From: Betaproteobacteria bacterium
GTDB taxonomy: Bacteria > Pseudomonadota > Gammaproteobacteria > Burkholderiales > JACQAP01
NCBI GenBank assembly: GCA_052387775.1
Contig: JBQTIV010000051.1
Coordinates: 375 to 64,374, forward strand
Direction of reading: 5' to 3'
Length of the DNA stretch: 64,000 nucleotides
The position numbers and the translations under genes were made by a program. Within the stretch, counting starts at the first letter, position 1. Each line of letters starts with the position of its first letter. The notes under the pieces were generated by a model. The model was not told the DNA's origin. It saw only the letters and a program-made list of their open reading frames with translations, and searched no databases. Positions 58,411-64,000 of the stretch are shown piece by piece.

Positions 58411-59227
58411 GAGTGCCCCCGTGCCGGCTGCCGACCTCACCGGCACGTTGAAGACGATCAAGGACGGTGGCGTCATCAAGCTCGGCTACCTGTCACAGTC
58501 GATCCCATTTTCCTTTGTCGACGCACAAGGCAAGCCCCTGGGCTATTCTCCCGACCTGTGCCTGCGCGCCGCGACCGGCATCAAGGAGCAGCTCGGGCTG
58601 CCGAAACTCGACGTGCAGTGGGTGCCGGTCACCCTGGAAACGCGTTTCGATGCGGTCAAGCGCGGCGCCATCGACCTCGAGTGCGGAATCACGACCAACA
58701 CGCTCTCGCGCCAGAAGGAAGTGGACTTCAGTCTGATGACGTGGGTGGACGGCGCCAACTTCCTGGTGCGCGACAGCTCTCCCTACCGAACGTTGTCGGA
58801 CCTCGCTGGTAAGAAAATCGCGGTCATTCCGAACACCACGACCGTGGGGGCACTGAAGCTGGCCCTCGAGAAGAGCTTCATCAGCGCGGAGATCATCCTG
58901 GTACACAGTCACCTTGAGGGACTCGAGGGTCTCAATAAGGGCACGGCCGATGCCTACGCTTCCGACCAGACGGTGCTGATCGGGCTGGCGGTAGCCGTTT
59001 CGCAGTCGCTGAAGGTTCGGCTCGGCGACAAGAACCTGTCGTACGAACCCTATGGCCTGATGCTGAGAAAGAATGACCAGGACTTCCGCCAGGCTGTAAA
59101 CACCGTACTCGCTCGCCTCTACCGTTCCGGTCAGATCGCACAGATCTACGACCGCTGGTTCGGCAAGCTCGGCAAGCCGGGCGAGGTCCTCACCACCATG
59201 TATCTGCTGAACGGGCTTCCGGACTAG
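58370..59227 (+). CDS. Family-3 periplasmic solute-binding protein (amino-acid ABC type), orphan
   Basis: GVIKLGYLSQSIPFSF, DLECGITTNT and VDFSLMTW motifs. No permease or ATPase gene is adjacent. Confidence 0.85.
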   Translation: MRILSAVAIAALLLSAPVPAADLTGTLKTIKDGGVIKLGYLSQSIPFSFVDAQGKPLGYSPDLCLRAATGIKEQLGLPKLDVQWVPVTLETRFDAVKRGAIDLECGITTNTLSRQKEVDFSLMTWVDGANFLVRDSSPYRTLSDLAGKKIAVIPNTTTVGALKLALEKSFISAEIILVHSHLEGLEGLNKGTADAYASDQTVLIGLAVAVSQSLKVRLGDKNLSYEPYGLMLRKNDQDFRQAVNTVLARLYRSGQIAQIYDRWFGKLGKPGEVLTTMYLLNGLPD

Positions 59228-59236
59228 GCAGCGCGA

Positions 59237-59266
59237 AAGGGTAAGGTGTCAGGAACGTTTTTGACC
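59237..59266 (+). repeat. GGTGTCAGGAAC stem-loop motif, copy f
   Basis: AAGGGTAAGGTGTCAGGAACGTTTTTGAC, between convergent genes. Confidence 0.8.
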
Positions 59267-59300
59267 GCTGAGTGCGGTGGCGGAGCAGGGGTTTTCGCAT

Positions 59301-64000
<4,700 letters not shown>

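Overview
High-GC proteobacterial chromosomal segment, probably beta- or gamma-proteobacterial, with about 55 protein-coding genes. I recognised no rRNA, tRNA, CRISPR array, transposase, integrase or phage gene. All family calls come from reading motifs in the supplied translations by eye; no searches were run. Gene content from left to right: (1) a translationally coupled DUF547 / GT2 / DUF2064 / DUF3047 cluster cut by the window edge; (2) DUF502, a PagL-like deacylase, an ABM monooxygenase and kdgK-eda; (3) a GAF-PAS-GGDEF-EAL protein; (4) an RRM protein, the DEAD-box helicase rhlE and class II RNR nrdJ; (5) an AsmA-family giant protein and an octaheme cytochrome c with TPR repeats; (6) a minimal K+ channel; (7) a DUF3302-HlyD-NodT trio; (8) VOC, AI-2E, PPK2 and DASS genes; (9) an Orn/Lys/Arg-type decarboxylase followed by two AAE-family exchangers, an OprD porin, CAX and VIT; (10) an outer-membrane lipid-remodelling neighbourhood of LpxR, a PlpD-like patatin and DUF4105; (11) two arylsulfatases, a Zn-metalloprotease and an orphan SBP; (12) a tandem-duplicated UvrA-like protein of at least 1562 aa running off the right edge. 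The most unusual signal is not a gene cluster. It is a dispersed family of short-period (7-9 nt) tandem-array hairpin elements at 12 loci. These supply the stop codons of several genes, nest a bidirectional terminator, occur once with an inverted core, and are inserted in-frame four times in the UvrA-like gene. Other signals: a 6-copy GGTGTCAGGAAC stem-loop motif; a ~122-nt promoter/leader/signal-peptide cassette duplicated in front of two unrelated genes; and a probable AUU start codon for rhlE. No complete, clearly novel multi-gene system such as a defence island could be supported.
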